From contig CAZVTX010000021.1 of the NCBI GenBank assembly GCA_964629395.1, positions 1 to 20,708 of the forward strand: a DNA stretch of 20,708 nt, given 5' to 3'. Shown here piece after piece: positions 1 to 8,173 of this stretch. A model generated the notes under the pieces. That model searched no databases. It worked only from the letters and a program-made list of their open reading frames with translations, and was not told the DNA's origin. A program made the translations under genes and the position numbers. This stretch comes from an uncultured archaeon (GTDB taxonomy: Archaea > Asgardarchaeota > Lokiarchaeia > Sigyniarchaeales > SOKP01). Numbering within the stretch: the first letter of the stretch is position 1; every line of letters starts with the position of its first letter.

Positions 1-125
1 TCATAATTTATCTTAAGAAAATTTAAATTCAATTTGATGAATTATAATTTAATTTAATTTTATTCGTAATTAAAATTATGTTATTTAGAGTAATTTTAAG
101 AATTATAATATATAATTAAGATAAT

Positions 126-1175
126 ATGAGAAAAAGCGATTTCATCAATTGTTTATGTAAAAAATCATATGAAGCAACTCCTATTTATTGCACCGGTTAT
201 CCAACAAAAGAATTTTTATACAAGTATATGAAAAATTATCAAATATCTGAAAATAAATTAAATGATTTAATTTTTGAGGGAAAGAATTATTCTTTAATAA
301 AAAATATAGGTTTTGATGCTATTTCCATTTGGGACTATAGGAGAGGTGAAGGCGGTTATAAAATTAATGGAAAATTACGAGTTGATGGTTGGGGGCGTAT
401 ATATCGGGGAAACTGGTATCAATGGGATGGAGTTTTTAAAGATGAGAAAACAATCGACAATTGGCCACATTTAAATCTTCCGAATAAAGAAAAGTTCAAG
501 AAATTATCCGTATTTTTATCAAAATTAAATGAGATTATTGACATTGTTTTTTCTCTTCCTGGATTATTTGAAAAGACATGGCAATCAATGGGAATTTTAC
601 ATTTTTCAAAATCACTAAGAAAAAATATAAAATTTATAGAATATGTTGCGGATTTTTTTCTTGATTATATAAAAAAATTGATTATTAATTTACAAAAAGC
701 CGGAGCAGAAATCTTTATTATTGCTGATGATTTAGGTTATAATTCAAGATTGTTTATATCAAAAGAGATATGGAGTTCGCTTTTTTATGAGAAATATGCA
801 GAAATTATTAAATTAGTTCATAAAAGCAATCATAAAATAATTCTCCATTCAGATGGATTCATCACACCATTAATACCAGAAATTATAGAACTCGGATTTG
901 ATGGAATTCAGAGTTTAGAACCTAATGCAGGTGTAGATATTTTTTCATTATTTAAACAATATCAAGGTCAAATCTGCTTTATTGGTAATATAGATAATTC
1001 TCTTTTAGCTTATGGGACCCCTATTGATATAAAAATTTATGTAAAAAAATTAATTGCTGCTGCAAGAAAGACTAACAACTTTCTGGTAGTTTCTCCAACA
1101 CAGCAAATAGATAATTCCGTTCGGGTCAAAAATTTAAACGCAATGATTCATGCTGCAAAAAGCACAAAAAATTAA
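126..1175 (+). CDS. Uroporphyrinogen decarboxylase (URO-D) superfamily protein, MtaA/CmuA-like fold
   Basis: 349-aa ORF. The C-terminal half (IIADDLGYNSRLFISKE...IILHSDGFITPLIPEIIELGFDGIQSLEPNAG...FIGNIDNS) follows the URO-D/MtaA TIM-barrel pattern. The position of the H-x-C zinc motif of CoM methylases reads H-S-D. Confidence 0.55.
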   Translation: MRKSDFINCLCKKSYEATPIYCTGYPTKEFLYKYMKNYQISENKLNDLIFEGKNYSLIKNIGFDAISIWDYRRGEGGYKINGKLRVDGWGRIYRGNWYQWDGVFKDEKTIDNWPHLNLPNKEKFKKLSVFLSKLNEIIDIVFSLPGLFEKTWQSMGILHFSKSLRKNIKFIEYVADFFLDYIKKLIINLQKAGAEIFIIADDLGYNSRLFISKEIWSSLFYEKYAEIIKLVHKSNHKIILHSDGFITPLIPEIIELGFDGIQSLEPNAGVDIFSLFKQYQGQICFIGNIDNSLLAYGTPIDIKIYVKKLIAAARKTNNFLVVSPTQQIDNSVRVKNLNAMIHAAKSTKN

Positions 1176-1266
1176 TATTCAAATTAGTAAAAATAATATT
1201 ATAAATCTAAATTTATTTTAAATTCTAATAATAGATTAAAAATTCTTTATAAAGGTATATAAGGAT

Positions 1267-2841
1267 ATGAAAACCTCCATTAAAGAATGGTGTAAGAAAG
1301 TCTTTTTACGAGACTTGGACATCACCAGAGAAGGATTTCTTTATTTTTTAGTTGCATTTACATTTATTTTTACGGTTATGGATTATATTGTTTTTTCTCT
1401 TATTACTTTTAAACCAATTGAACTTATATCTGTTCTCGGAGTAATTGCTTCAAGTACTACTTTATTAATTCTAATATTTTCTGGAATTATTGTAGACCAA
1501 ATTAAAAATCGTATGAGATTACTTATAATTTCTGCTTTTTTAACTTTATTCGGACTTTTTTTGACCCAATTTGAGGATTATATTAAGGTAATAGGAATTA
1601 ACATCATGTTTTTCGGAGGGGGTATTTTTTTAATAGATTTATTTACAATATTAATTCATGAGAGTACGATTTTAAATCGTGGTAGATTGACAGGTTACTT
1701 GCTTTTCTTTTCTTATGTAATTGCTCACACCATGTTGTTTCTTTCAATGATTAATCTTAATATTTTATTAATATTTGAAGGGTTTTTATTATTGTTATTA
1801 TTTAATATTTATCATAAATATTCCTATATTGAAACTGACGAACGTTTAAAATCAGAATATAGATTTAGAGAGATAATAACTAAAAACCAGCCTGTTTTAG
1901 GGTATTTTATAGCATTTATGGTATTAGGTTTTATTTTTGGGAATGCATTTCCCGTGGAAATGACGAATTTATCAATAGATCCTTTACCATTTGTATTATT
2001 ATCTTTATCATTTTTGATAATTACGGGAACTTTTCTTGATAATATGGGACGAAAATGGACTTTTACGGCGGGTATTTTGGTAATTTCTACATTAATCATT
2101 TTTGCGGGAATTTTTAAAGAGATTTACAGAATTGTCTTTTTTGGAATTTCAATTCCTATTACATTTACTCTTCTTCTAACTTTTTCCGGAGATTTTGCAA
2201 CAGAACGTAATACAATTAAATATAGAGGGAGAATTACCGCATTTTTTTTACTTTCCGTTATTGGAGGTTTTGTTTCAGGAGTTTTATTGCGATTTTACAC
2301 ATTTAATATTGTTTATAATTCAGATCCAAATTTCTGGTATTGGATTCCTTCATTCATTAATGGTGTAAATTCATTATTATTGATTATACTTCTCGTTTGG
2401 ATTATGCCATTACCCGAAATATTATCCGCAAAAGAAGCAGATTGGGCTAAATCACTAAGAAATATCTACGTTTTTAATAAAGACTCTATATGTCTTTTTA
2501 CTAAAAGTTATTTATGTGAAGAAGATATGCTTAATTTACCGAGTGAAGATCTTATTACGGGTGGTTTAACGGGAATTTTAACATTAATTTCTGAAATAAC
2601 AAATGAAAAGAAAAATTTAAGGATAATTGATAAAGAACGGGTGAAAATTTATTTTTCTTATGGAAAAAATATAATTGTTGCTTTAATTTCAACCAAATAT
2701 TTACCTATTTTATTTAAAAAGCTTGAACAATTTACAAAGGCTTTTGAGAAAGAATTTGAAGCTGAATTAAATACTTTCACGGGAAAAATTAATGTTTTTC
2801 AAGAGAGGACGGAAGCTTTAGTGGAGAAATATTTCAAATAA
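1267..2841 (+). CDS. 12-TM MFS-like membrane protein with a C-terminal cytoplasmic longin/roadblock-like domain
   Basis: 524-aa ORF with about 12 hydrophobic segments in a 6+6 arrangement around a charged central loop (IETDERLKSEYRFREIITKNQ). MFS motif-A-like loops occur in both halves (GIIVDQIKNRMR; GTFLDNMGRKW). The last ~130 aa are soluble, with a beta-alpha-beta-beta-alpha pattern (IYVFNKDSICLF / DLITGGLTGILTLISEI / RVKIYFSYGKNIIVALIS / LPILFKKLEQFTKAFEKEF) resembling longin/roadblock domains. Confidence 0.6.
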   Translation: MKTSIKEWCKKVFLRDLDITREGFLYFLVAFTFIFTVMDYIVFSLITFKPIELISVLGVIASSTTLLILIFSGIIVDQIKNRMRLLIISAFLTLFGLFLTQFEDYIKVIGINIMFFGGGIFLIDLFTILIHESTILNRGRLTGYLLFFSYVIAHTMLFLSMINLNILLIFEGFLLLLLFNIYHKYSYIETDERLKSEYRFREIITKNQPVLGYFIAFMVLGFIFGNAFPVEMTNLSIDPLPFVLLSLSFLIITGTFLDNMGRKWTFTAGILVISTLIIFAGIFKEIYRIVFFGISIPITFTLLLTFSGDFATERNTIKYRGRITAFFLLSVIGGFVSGVLLRFYTFNIVYNSDPNFWYWIPSFINGVNSLLLIILLVWIMPLPEILSAKEADWAKSLRNIYVFNKDSICLFTKSYLCEEDMLNLPSEDLITGGLTGILTLISEITNEKKNLRIIDKERVKIYFSYGKNIIVALISTKYLPILFKKLEQFTKAFEKEFEAELNTFTGKINVFQERTEALVEKYFK

Positions 2842-2865
2842 TTTATAAAAAAGAATTAAAACAAA

Positions 2866-3243
2866 TTAAATTAATTGAGCGATTTTTTCACAAGTTCTTT
2901 TACAATCTAAAAATATTAAACCCAATCTTACATCTTTAGTAGTGGACACTGTTAACACGGCATTGGGTCCAGCCGACAACACTAATAGATAACCATCACT
3001 TCCTTTAACATATATCTGTTCAAAAGTTCCTTTATTCATTTCTAGAATTGCTCTTTCGCCTAAAGATAATATCGCAGCAGTCATGGCAGCTATTTTCGTT
3101 TCATCAATTCCTTGTGGCAATGCAGATGCTATAGGTAAACCTTCTACTGAAACTATTGCTGCGGCTTTTATTTCGGGAATAGAAGCCAGAAGTTTTTTTA
3201 ATATATCATCTAAGGTTTCTGGAGTACTTGACATGTCGCTCAT
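2866..3243 (-). CDS. Roadblock/LC7 (MglB-like) domain protein
   Basis: 125-aa ORF with the typical Roadblock/LC7 pattern: LDDILKKLLASIPEIKAAAIVSVEGLPIASALP...ETKIAAMTAAILSLGERA...GTFEQIYVKGSDGYLLVLSAGPNAVLTVSTTKDVRLGLIFLD. Confidence 0.85.
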   Translation of the reverse strand: MSDMSSTPETLDDILKKLLASIPEIKAAAIVSVEGLPIASALPQGIDETKIAAMTAAILSLGERAILEMNKGTFEQIYVKGSDGYLLVLSAGPNAVLTVSTTKDVRLGLIFLDCKRTCEKIAQLI

Positions 3244-3539
3244 AGAGGGAATATTCTCCTTTATTAATGATTAAAAATGTGTTTCGGAATAAACTTAACA
3301 TATATATATGTATAAGTTATATTAAACTTGTTTTTATTATTTTTAATTTTTTTGATTCTTAATGATTATTAATTTAGAAATTTATTACCGAAAATCAAGA
3401 GATTTTTTTAAATTTATTCGTCCTAAAATAATTTTCATTTAAAAACAAAAAATATTAATTTTAGTCTTAATTAATTAAAACAACTAAATCGTTCTTTATT
3501 ATTTTTTAACAATAATTATTCTTAATATTCCATAATTGG

Positions 3540-4121
3540 TGGTATAAAATCTTTAAGTTATATACAATTTCCGGTAAAATTGAAATTCCACCATTTTTAT
3601 TTGGCCAAGAGAAGACCGTTTCAGCGAGGATTATATTAAGTGAAGATTACGAAGGGATTATAACAAAAGATTATGGTTTCATTATTGCTGTGGTTGATGT
3701 TCTTGAAGTGGGCCCTGGTATTATAATTCCCGGAAATGCAAATACATTTCATGAGGTTACTTTCACAATTTTAACTTTTAAACCTACGGTTTCCGAAGTT
3801 GTTGAGGGTGATATCGTAGAAATTGTTGATTTTGGAGCCTTTATACGATTAGGACCATTAGATGGGCTTGTCCATGTATCGCAAATATGTGATGATTATA
3901 TTACATTTGATCAAATGGCAAATAGATTTCAAGGGAAAGAGACCGGGAAAATTCTTGAGGTTAATGATACCGTTAGAGCGAGGATAATCGCTGTATCATT
4001 AGGGACAGGTAGGAGCGGAAAATTAGGATTAACTATGAGACAAAAATTATTAGGGAAATTAGAATGGATTGAAGAAGAAGTAAGAGAATATTATGAAGAA
4101 AAAGCGGAGGAGAGTGCATAA
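3540..4121 (+). CDS. rpoE: DNA-directed RNA polymerase subunit Rpo7 (E'), S1-domain; start codon unresolved
   Basis: The frame is open from 3516. From 3543 the translation YKIFKLYTISGKIEIPP...YEGIITKDYGFIIAVVDV...VEGDIVEIVDFGAFIRLGPLDGLVHVSQICDDY...GKETGKILEVNDTVRARIIAVSL...LTMRQKLLGKLEWIEEE is colinear with archaeal Rpo7 as I recall it (e.g. M. jannaschii MYKILEI...). The ORF-track start (GTG 3690) would delete about 50 conserved N-terminal residues. No in-frame ATG/GTG/TTG exists near 3540. Confidence 0.85.
   Translation, partial: WYKIFKLYTISGKIEIPPFLFGQEKTVSARIILSEDYEGIITKDYGFIIAVVDVLEVGPGIIIPGNANTFHEVTFTILTFKPTVSEVVEGDIVEIVDFGAFIRLGPLDGLVHVSQICDDYITFDQMANRFQGKETGKILEVNDTVRARIIAVSLGTGRSGKLGLTMRQKLLGKLEWIEEEVREYYEEKAEESA
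4106..4114 (+). promoter_or_regulatory. Shine-Dalgarno-like GGAGGAGAG upstream of spt4
   Basis: A purine-rich GGAGGAGAG lies 7-11 nt upstream of ATG 4122, inside the 3' end of rpoE'. Confidence 0.4.
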
Positions 4122-4310
4122 ATGAAAGAACGTGCGTGCAAAACATGTCATTTAATAACCAAAAATGAATCAATTTGTCCTAAATGTAAAACCCACACTT
4201 TAAGTGATGATTTTTCCGGAGAAGTATATATTATAAAACCTAAGGAATCAAAAGTTGCAGAAGCATTAAAGATAAGGATTCCTGGAAAATACGCACTTAG
4301 AGTACGTTAA
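4122..4310 (+). CDS. spt4: Transcription elongation factor Spt4 (RpoE'')
   Basis: 62-aa ORF with a C4 zinc ribbon (CKTC...CPKC). It starts immediately after the rpoE' stop (TAA-ATG), which is the conserved archaeal rpoE'-spt4 pairing. The C-terminal GKYALRV is typical. Confidence 0.85.
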   Translation: MKERACKTCHLITKNESICPKCKTHTLSDDFSGEVYIIKPKESKVAEALKIRIPGKYALRVR

Positions 4311-4346
4311 AATATCCTATATAAATTTTTTAAAATTCTTATTATC

Positions 4347-4961
4347 TTGAATTTTATAAAAAATGGGGTGCTGAAATTAAAAAATCTAAAATTACCTATA
4401 AAAGAACGATATAAATTCGCAGAACCACTTGGGACTTTAATTTCTGGAACAAGGGAAGAGACTATACCCAAAGTAGAGCGATTTTTTAAAGAACTTACAA
4501 ATAGAGGATTTAAATTAAACTTCTATTTAGTTGGAGACATAGTAACCATGGATTTTTTAAAAAATGATTTTTTGAAAAAATTCATTAAATTATGTATAAT
4601 TGATGAGAAAACTCAAAGAAAATCAGTAGAATTAAATTTTGGTAAACTTTTTCAAAGATTAATCGAAATTGAAAACCCTGCAGGTACAATTACCGTTTTA
4701 AGTTGGCAAGTTTTGAAAAAGATTGTTAATTCTAAAAAAAAGACAATCCTTAGAATAACCGAAGGAGAGGAAGATCTACTGGTTTTACCATTAGTTTTAG
4801 AAATTCCAATTAAAGAAGGAGTTAAAGATTATATTATTTATGGTCAGCCACCTATAACGGATGCTAAAATCAATATCCCTCAAGGGATTGTTTTAGTTGA
4901 AGTTTCGGAAAAAATCAAAGAGAAAGTGAAACTTTTTATTAATTTAATGGAAGAATTCTAA
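4347..4961 (+). CDS. DUF359/UPF0218 family protein, probable GTP-dependent dephospho-CoA kinase
   Basis: 204-aa ORF with a TTG start. It carries the conserved motifs YLVGDIVT and EGEEDLLVLPLVL, and sits in the conserved position downstream of rpoE'-spt4 in archaea. Confidence 0.7.
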   Translation: MNFIKNGVLKLKNLKLPIKERYKFAEPLGTLISGTREETIPKVERFFKELTNRGFKLNFYLVGDIVTMDFLKNDFLKKFIKLCIIDEKTQRKSVELNFGKLFQRLIEIENPAGTITVLSWQVLKKIVNSKKKTILRITEGEEDLLVLPLVLEIPIKEGVKDYIIYGQPPITDAKINIPQGIVLVEVSEKIKEKVKLFINLMEEF

Positions 4962-5194
4962 GTATTTTCTTTTATCATTTTTCTAATTTTTTTCAATAAT
5001 AATATAGATATTATAATTATAATAATTCCTGTAAATATACTATAAATAAATAATAAAAGAAAAACACCTATAAGTACACTCTGCAGCCAAAAAAAAGAGA
5101 TTATAATAGCACTTATTATTATTAACTCAAAGATAAGAATTAATTTTATTTTCTCTTTTATTTTTTGAGTCATCTTAAATTTTGAAAAATCCAA
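4958..5194 (-). CDS. Hypothetical small membrane protein (2 predicted TM helices)
   Basis: 78-aa ORF filling the otherwise non-coding gap between DUF359 and eS24. It has two long I/L/F-rich segments and a KK-rich C-terminus, and its 3' end overlaps the DUF359 3' end by 4 nt. It could be a chance ORF in AT-rich DNA. Confidence 0.35.
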   Translation of the reverse strand: MDFSKFKMTQKIKEKIKLILIFELIIISAIIISFFWLQSVLIGVFLLLFIYSIFTGIIIIIISILLLKKIRKMIKENT

Positions 5195-5269
5195 AATTTT
5201 ATTTTTTAACGATTTTTTTATTTAATATAACTTAAGATTAATCTTAAATTTACACAAATAAAGTTCAGC

Positions 5270-5650
5270 ATGACTTATAAAATAGAGATAACGGAAGAAC
5301 GAAGGAACCCTTTAATTGACAGATTAGAAGTTAAGTTTAAAGTGGATCATTTTGGACAAGGTACTCCAAATAGATTGGAGATCAAAGAAAAAATTGCTGC
5401 CATTAAGGGGAGCAAAATAGACCTAACAATTGTAAAAAAATTAAGGACATATTTTGGATTACCTCTTCTTTACGGTACAGCCTATATTTATGATACTCAA
5501 GAAGAATTAGAATATTATGAACCTTTTCATATTCGTGTGAGAAATTTACCTAAAGATAAAAGGGTCCAAATATATGATTTAAAGAAAAAAGGCGAGCCCT
5601 ATAAACATCTTTTTTACGAAACAGAACAAAATCAAGAACAACAAGAATAA
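5270..5650 (+). CDS. rps24e: 30S ribosomal protein eS24 (S24e)
   Basis: The N-terminus ITEERRNPLIDRLEVKFKVDHFGQGTPNRLEIKEKIA matches the S24e pattern, and the gene has the conserved neighbour S27ae. Confidence 0.85.
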   Translation: MTYKIEITEERRNPLIDRLEVKFKVDHFGQGTPNRLEIKEKIAAIKGSKIDLTIVKKLRTYFGLPLLYGTAYIYDTQEELEYYEPFHIRVRNLPKDKRVQIYDLKKKGEPYKHLFYETEQNQEQQE

Positions 5651-5676
5651 AAAATTAAAGAAAAATCAAGATAATT

Positions 5677-5901
5677 ATGAAATGCAACCAATCAAAATAT
5701 TATAAAATTGAAGATGGCAAATTAATTAGAACAAATCGATTTTGCCAAAGGTGTGGCCCAGGTTATTTTTTAGCAAATCATTATGATCGATGGTCTTGCG
5801 GTAATTGTGGTTTTACCATATTTAAACGCAAAGGTAAGGCTGCGAAAACAATTCCGGGTGCAAGAAGGAGAACTCCAAGAAAGAGATTAAAATCTCAGTA
5901 A
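5677..5901 (+). CDS. rps27ae: 30S ribosomal protein eS31 (S27ae)
   Basis: 74-aa ORF with a zinc ribbon [23 protein letters not shown] and a basic tail, immediately downstream of S24e. Confidence 0.85.
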   Translation: MKCNQSKYYKIEDGKLIRTNRFCQRCGPGYFLANHYDRWSCGNCGFTIFKRKGKAAKTIPGARRRTPRKRLKSQ

Positions 5902-6006
5902 TTAAATATCATTTTTTCAAAATTCTTTATTGTACGCTCATTTTAGAACAATTAATTCTTTAAACTAAAAAACATAATTAATTTTTGAAATTTTAGGGTT
6001 TTATTA

Positions 6007-7020
6007 ATGAAATTAAAGAAAAAAATTTGTCTTGGAATAGAATCTACGGCACATACATTTGGAGTAGGTATAATTGATTTTGACGGAAATGTTTTAAGTT
6101 TGGTGAATAAAGTCTATATTCCTAAAGAGGGTGGCTTACATCCCGTTCAGGTTAAGGAACAGCATTTAAATGAATTTGAAGGTGTCATCCATAAGGCACT
6201 TACAGAAGCTAATATTACAATAAAAGATATTGATTTGATTGCATTTAGTCAAAGTCCTGGACTTGCACCATGTTTAAAAATAGGTGCAATGGTGGCAAGA
6301 ATGTTAAGTCAATTACTTAAAATTCCAATTGTTGCAGTGAATCATTGTATTGCTCATGTAGAAATAGGAAGATTGATGTGTAATATTGAAGATCCTTTAA
6401 CGCTTTATGTATCTGGTGGAAATACAATAGTAAGCGCGTTTGAATCAGGACGATATCAAATTTTTGGAGAAACATTGGATTTACCTATTGGGAATATGAT
6501 TGACTCATTTGCACGAATAGTTGGAATTCCGCACCCTGGTGGACCAAAAGTAGAGAAATTAGCTAGAGAATCCTCAAAATACCTATCTTTACCATATGTA
6601 GTAAAAGGAATGGATTTATCTTTTTCGGGACTTTTTACAGCAGCAAAACGTTTGGTCGAATCTCCTAATTTTGGCAAAAAATATACATTAAATGATGTTG
6701 CATATTCTTTACAAGAAACTGCTTTTGCAATGTTAACGGAAGTTACTGAACGTGCATTAGCTCACACTGAAAAGGAGGAAGTTCTTCTTACGGGAGGAGT
6801 TGCTGCAAATAAAAGATTACAAGAAATGATTGAATATATTAGCAAAGAGCATAACGCTCGATTTGAGGTAGTACCTTTAAGATATGCAGGAGATAATGGA
6901 GCAATGATCGGATGGGCAGGTATTTTGAGATTTAAATTTGAGGGCGGCCATGATTTATCCGAGACAATTATTAAACCCAAAGAAAGAATGGATAATATAA
7001 CTGTTCCATGGAGGAATTGA
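6007..7020 (+). CDS. kae1: tRNA N6-adenosine threonylcarbamoyltransferase Kae1 (KEOPS subunit)
   Basis: GIESTAHTFGVGI N-terminus, metal-binding VNHCIAHVE (H-x-x-x-H), YVSGGNT, LLTGGVAANKRL and AGDNGAMI are all Kae1/TsaD hallmarks. Confidence 0.95.
   Translation: MKLKKKICLGIESTAHTFGVGIIDFDGNVLSLVNKVYIPKEGGLHPVQVKEQHLNEFEGVIHKALTEANITIKDIDLIAFSQSPGLAPCLKIGAMVARMLSQLLKIPIVAVNHCIAHVEIGRLMCNIEDPLTLYVSGGNTIVSAFESGRYQIFGETLDLPIGNMIDSFARIVGIPHPGGPKVEKLARESSKYLSLPYVVKGMDLSFSGLFTAAKRLVESPNFGKKYTLNDVAYSLQETAFAMLTEVTERALAHTEKEEVLLTGGVAANKRLQEMIEYISKEHNARFEVVPLRYAGDNGAMIGWAGILRFKFEGGHDLSETIIKPKERMDNITVPWRN
7010..7014 (+). promoter_or_regulatory. Shine-Dalgarno GGAGG upstream of the bud32 GTG start
   Basis: GGAGG lies 9 nt upstream of GTG 7024, inside the last codons of kae1. 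Confidence 0.5.
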
Positions 7021-7023
7021 AAA

Positions 7024-7698
7024 GTGGAAAATGAAATTATAAAAGAAAAATTAATTCGTAAGGGTGCTGAAGCAGATTTATATTATGGTTATTGGTTCGG
7101 AAAAGAGGTAATCTTTAAATATCGAAAACCAAAAAAGTATAGAATTGAACAATTGGATAATATAATACGTAATTCTCGGACAATAAATGAAGGGAGAGCC
7201 CTTATAAAGGTGAAAAAATATGGAATTAATGTGCCCACTGTTTATGAAATAGATGGTAAAAATGCTACAATTGTTATGAAATATATTACAGGGGAAAAAT
7301 TAAAAAATTTAATCCCTCATTTAAATGAAAGTGAAAAAAAAAATATTTTTAAAAAAATAGGGAAAATAACTGCAGTTCTTCATCTAAATGGTCATATACA
7401 TGGAGATATTACAACAAGTAATATTATAATTACCGATAAAAAAGATATTTTTCTAATAGATTTTGGATTACATGATTATTCTGATGATATTGAGGATAAA
7501 AGTGTAGATCTCCATTTATTTAAACGTGTTCTAATATCTTCACACGGAAATGACTTTAAATTATGTTTTAATGCTTTTATAGAAGGCTATAAAGAGGAAT
7601 ATAAAAATCAAGGAAGATCTGATGCAGACGAAATTATTAAAAATATAGAAATTATCGAATCAAGAGGGCGGTATATTAAAAAAGAAGAAAGACTCTAA
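7024..7698 (+). CDS. bud32: Bud32/PRPK atypical kinase (KEOPS subunit)
   Basis: KGAEADLY N-terminus, catalytic loop HGDITTSNIII and IDFGL (DFG). It sits directly downstream of kae1 with a GTG start. Confidence 0.85.
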   Translation: MENEIIKEKLIRKGAEADLYYGYWFGKEVIFKYRKPKKYRIEQLDNIIRNSRTINEGRALIKVKKYGINVPTVYEIDGKNATIVMKYITGEKLKNLIPHLNESEKKNIFKKIGKITAVLHLNGHIHGDITTSNIIITDKKDIFLIDFGLHDYSDDIEDKSVDLHLFKRVLISSHGNDFKLCFNAFIEGYKEEYKNQGRSDADEIIKNIEIIESRGRYIKKEERL

Positions 7699-7944
7699 AT
7701 TTAAAATAAAATTTTTTCATCCAAATTCAAAAAGTACAAAATTTTCGTTCACTAAATTGAATTATTTTTATTTATTCTGCTCATTTCTTTAAAAATAGAG
7801 ATAATTTTATATAATAAGACAACTTAATATAATTTATTCAAGAAAGAGAGGAATAAATTAAGAGCTTATAATATTTGAAAAAAATATTTAATATATCATT
7901 TTATAAAATTAAATTGCTCATAATTTATTCCAAAATCAAGAGGG

Positions 7945-8157
7945 ATGAAATTGGAAAAGGAAAATACTAATAAAAGAGTACCAATGAAAAATATTACAAT
8001 CAATATTCCGGATATTTACGATGAAAATATCGAGAAATTAATCAAATTGAGGATTATTCGAAATCGTTCTGAGTGTATTAGGTTGGCGTTAAAAGAATTT
8101 TTACAAAAAGAATTTAGCGAAAATCTAGATTTATTGGGTTATTTTAAAAAGAAATAA
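7945..8157 (+). CDS. Ribbon-helix-helix (CopG/Arc/MetJ-type) DNA-binding protein
   Basis: The beta-strand ITINIP is followed by two helices (IYDENIEKLIKL...; NRSECIRLALKEFLQKE), a typical RHH layout. The true start may be the internal ATG at 7984 (MKNITINIP). Confidence 0.6.
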   Translation: MKLEKENTNKRVPMKNITINIPDIYDENIEKLIKLRIIRNRSECIRLALKEFLQKEFSENLDLLGYFKKK

Positions 8158-8173
8158 AACAATTTTTATTATT

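Noticed and set aside
1824-2099. 91-aa minus-strand ORF inside the MFS-like gene
   Set aside because: It lies entirely antisense to a well-supported 524-aa membrane-protein ORF, and its composition mirrors the sense-strand hydrophobic codons. It is most likely a shadow ORF.
3083-3274. 63-aa plus-strand ORF overlapping the Roadblock/LC7 gene
   Set aside because: It is antisense to a gene with a clear family signature and has no recognisable motif of its own.
3571-3580. The 10-mer CCGGTAAAAT is shared between the rpoE' 5' coding region (3571-3580) and the rpoN upstream region (8906-8915), considered as a possible common RNAP-subunit regulatory motif
   Set aside because: It is a single 10-nt match, one copy is inside coding sequence, and a coincidence of this size is expected in 20 kb compared against itself.
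6456-6980. Two minus-strand ORFs (73 aa and 72 aa) inside kae1
   Set aside because: They are antisense to the unambiguous kae1 coding sequence and are shadow ORFs.
7699-7944. A 246-bp gene-free AT-rich gap after bud32, checked for a small ORF, tRNA or sRNA
   Set aside because: Neither strand has an ORF above ~35 codons, there is no GC-rich, stem-forming segment compatible with a tRNA or structured RNA, and there are no C/D boxes. It is probably just the promoter region of the RHH gene.
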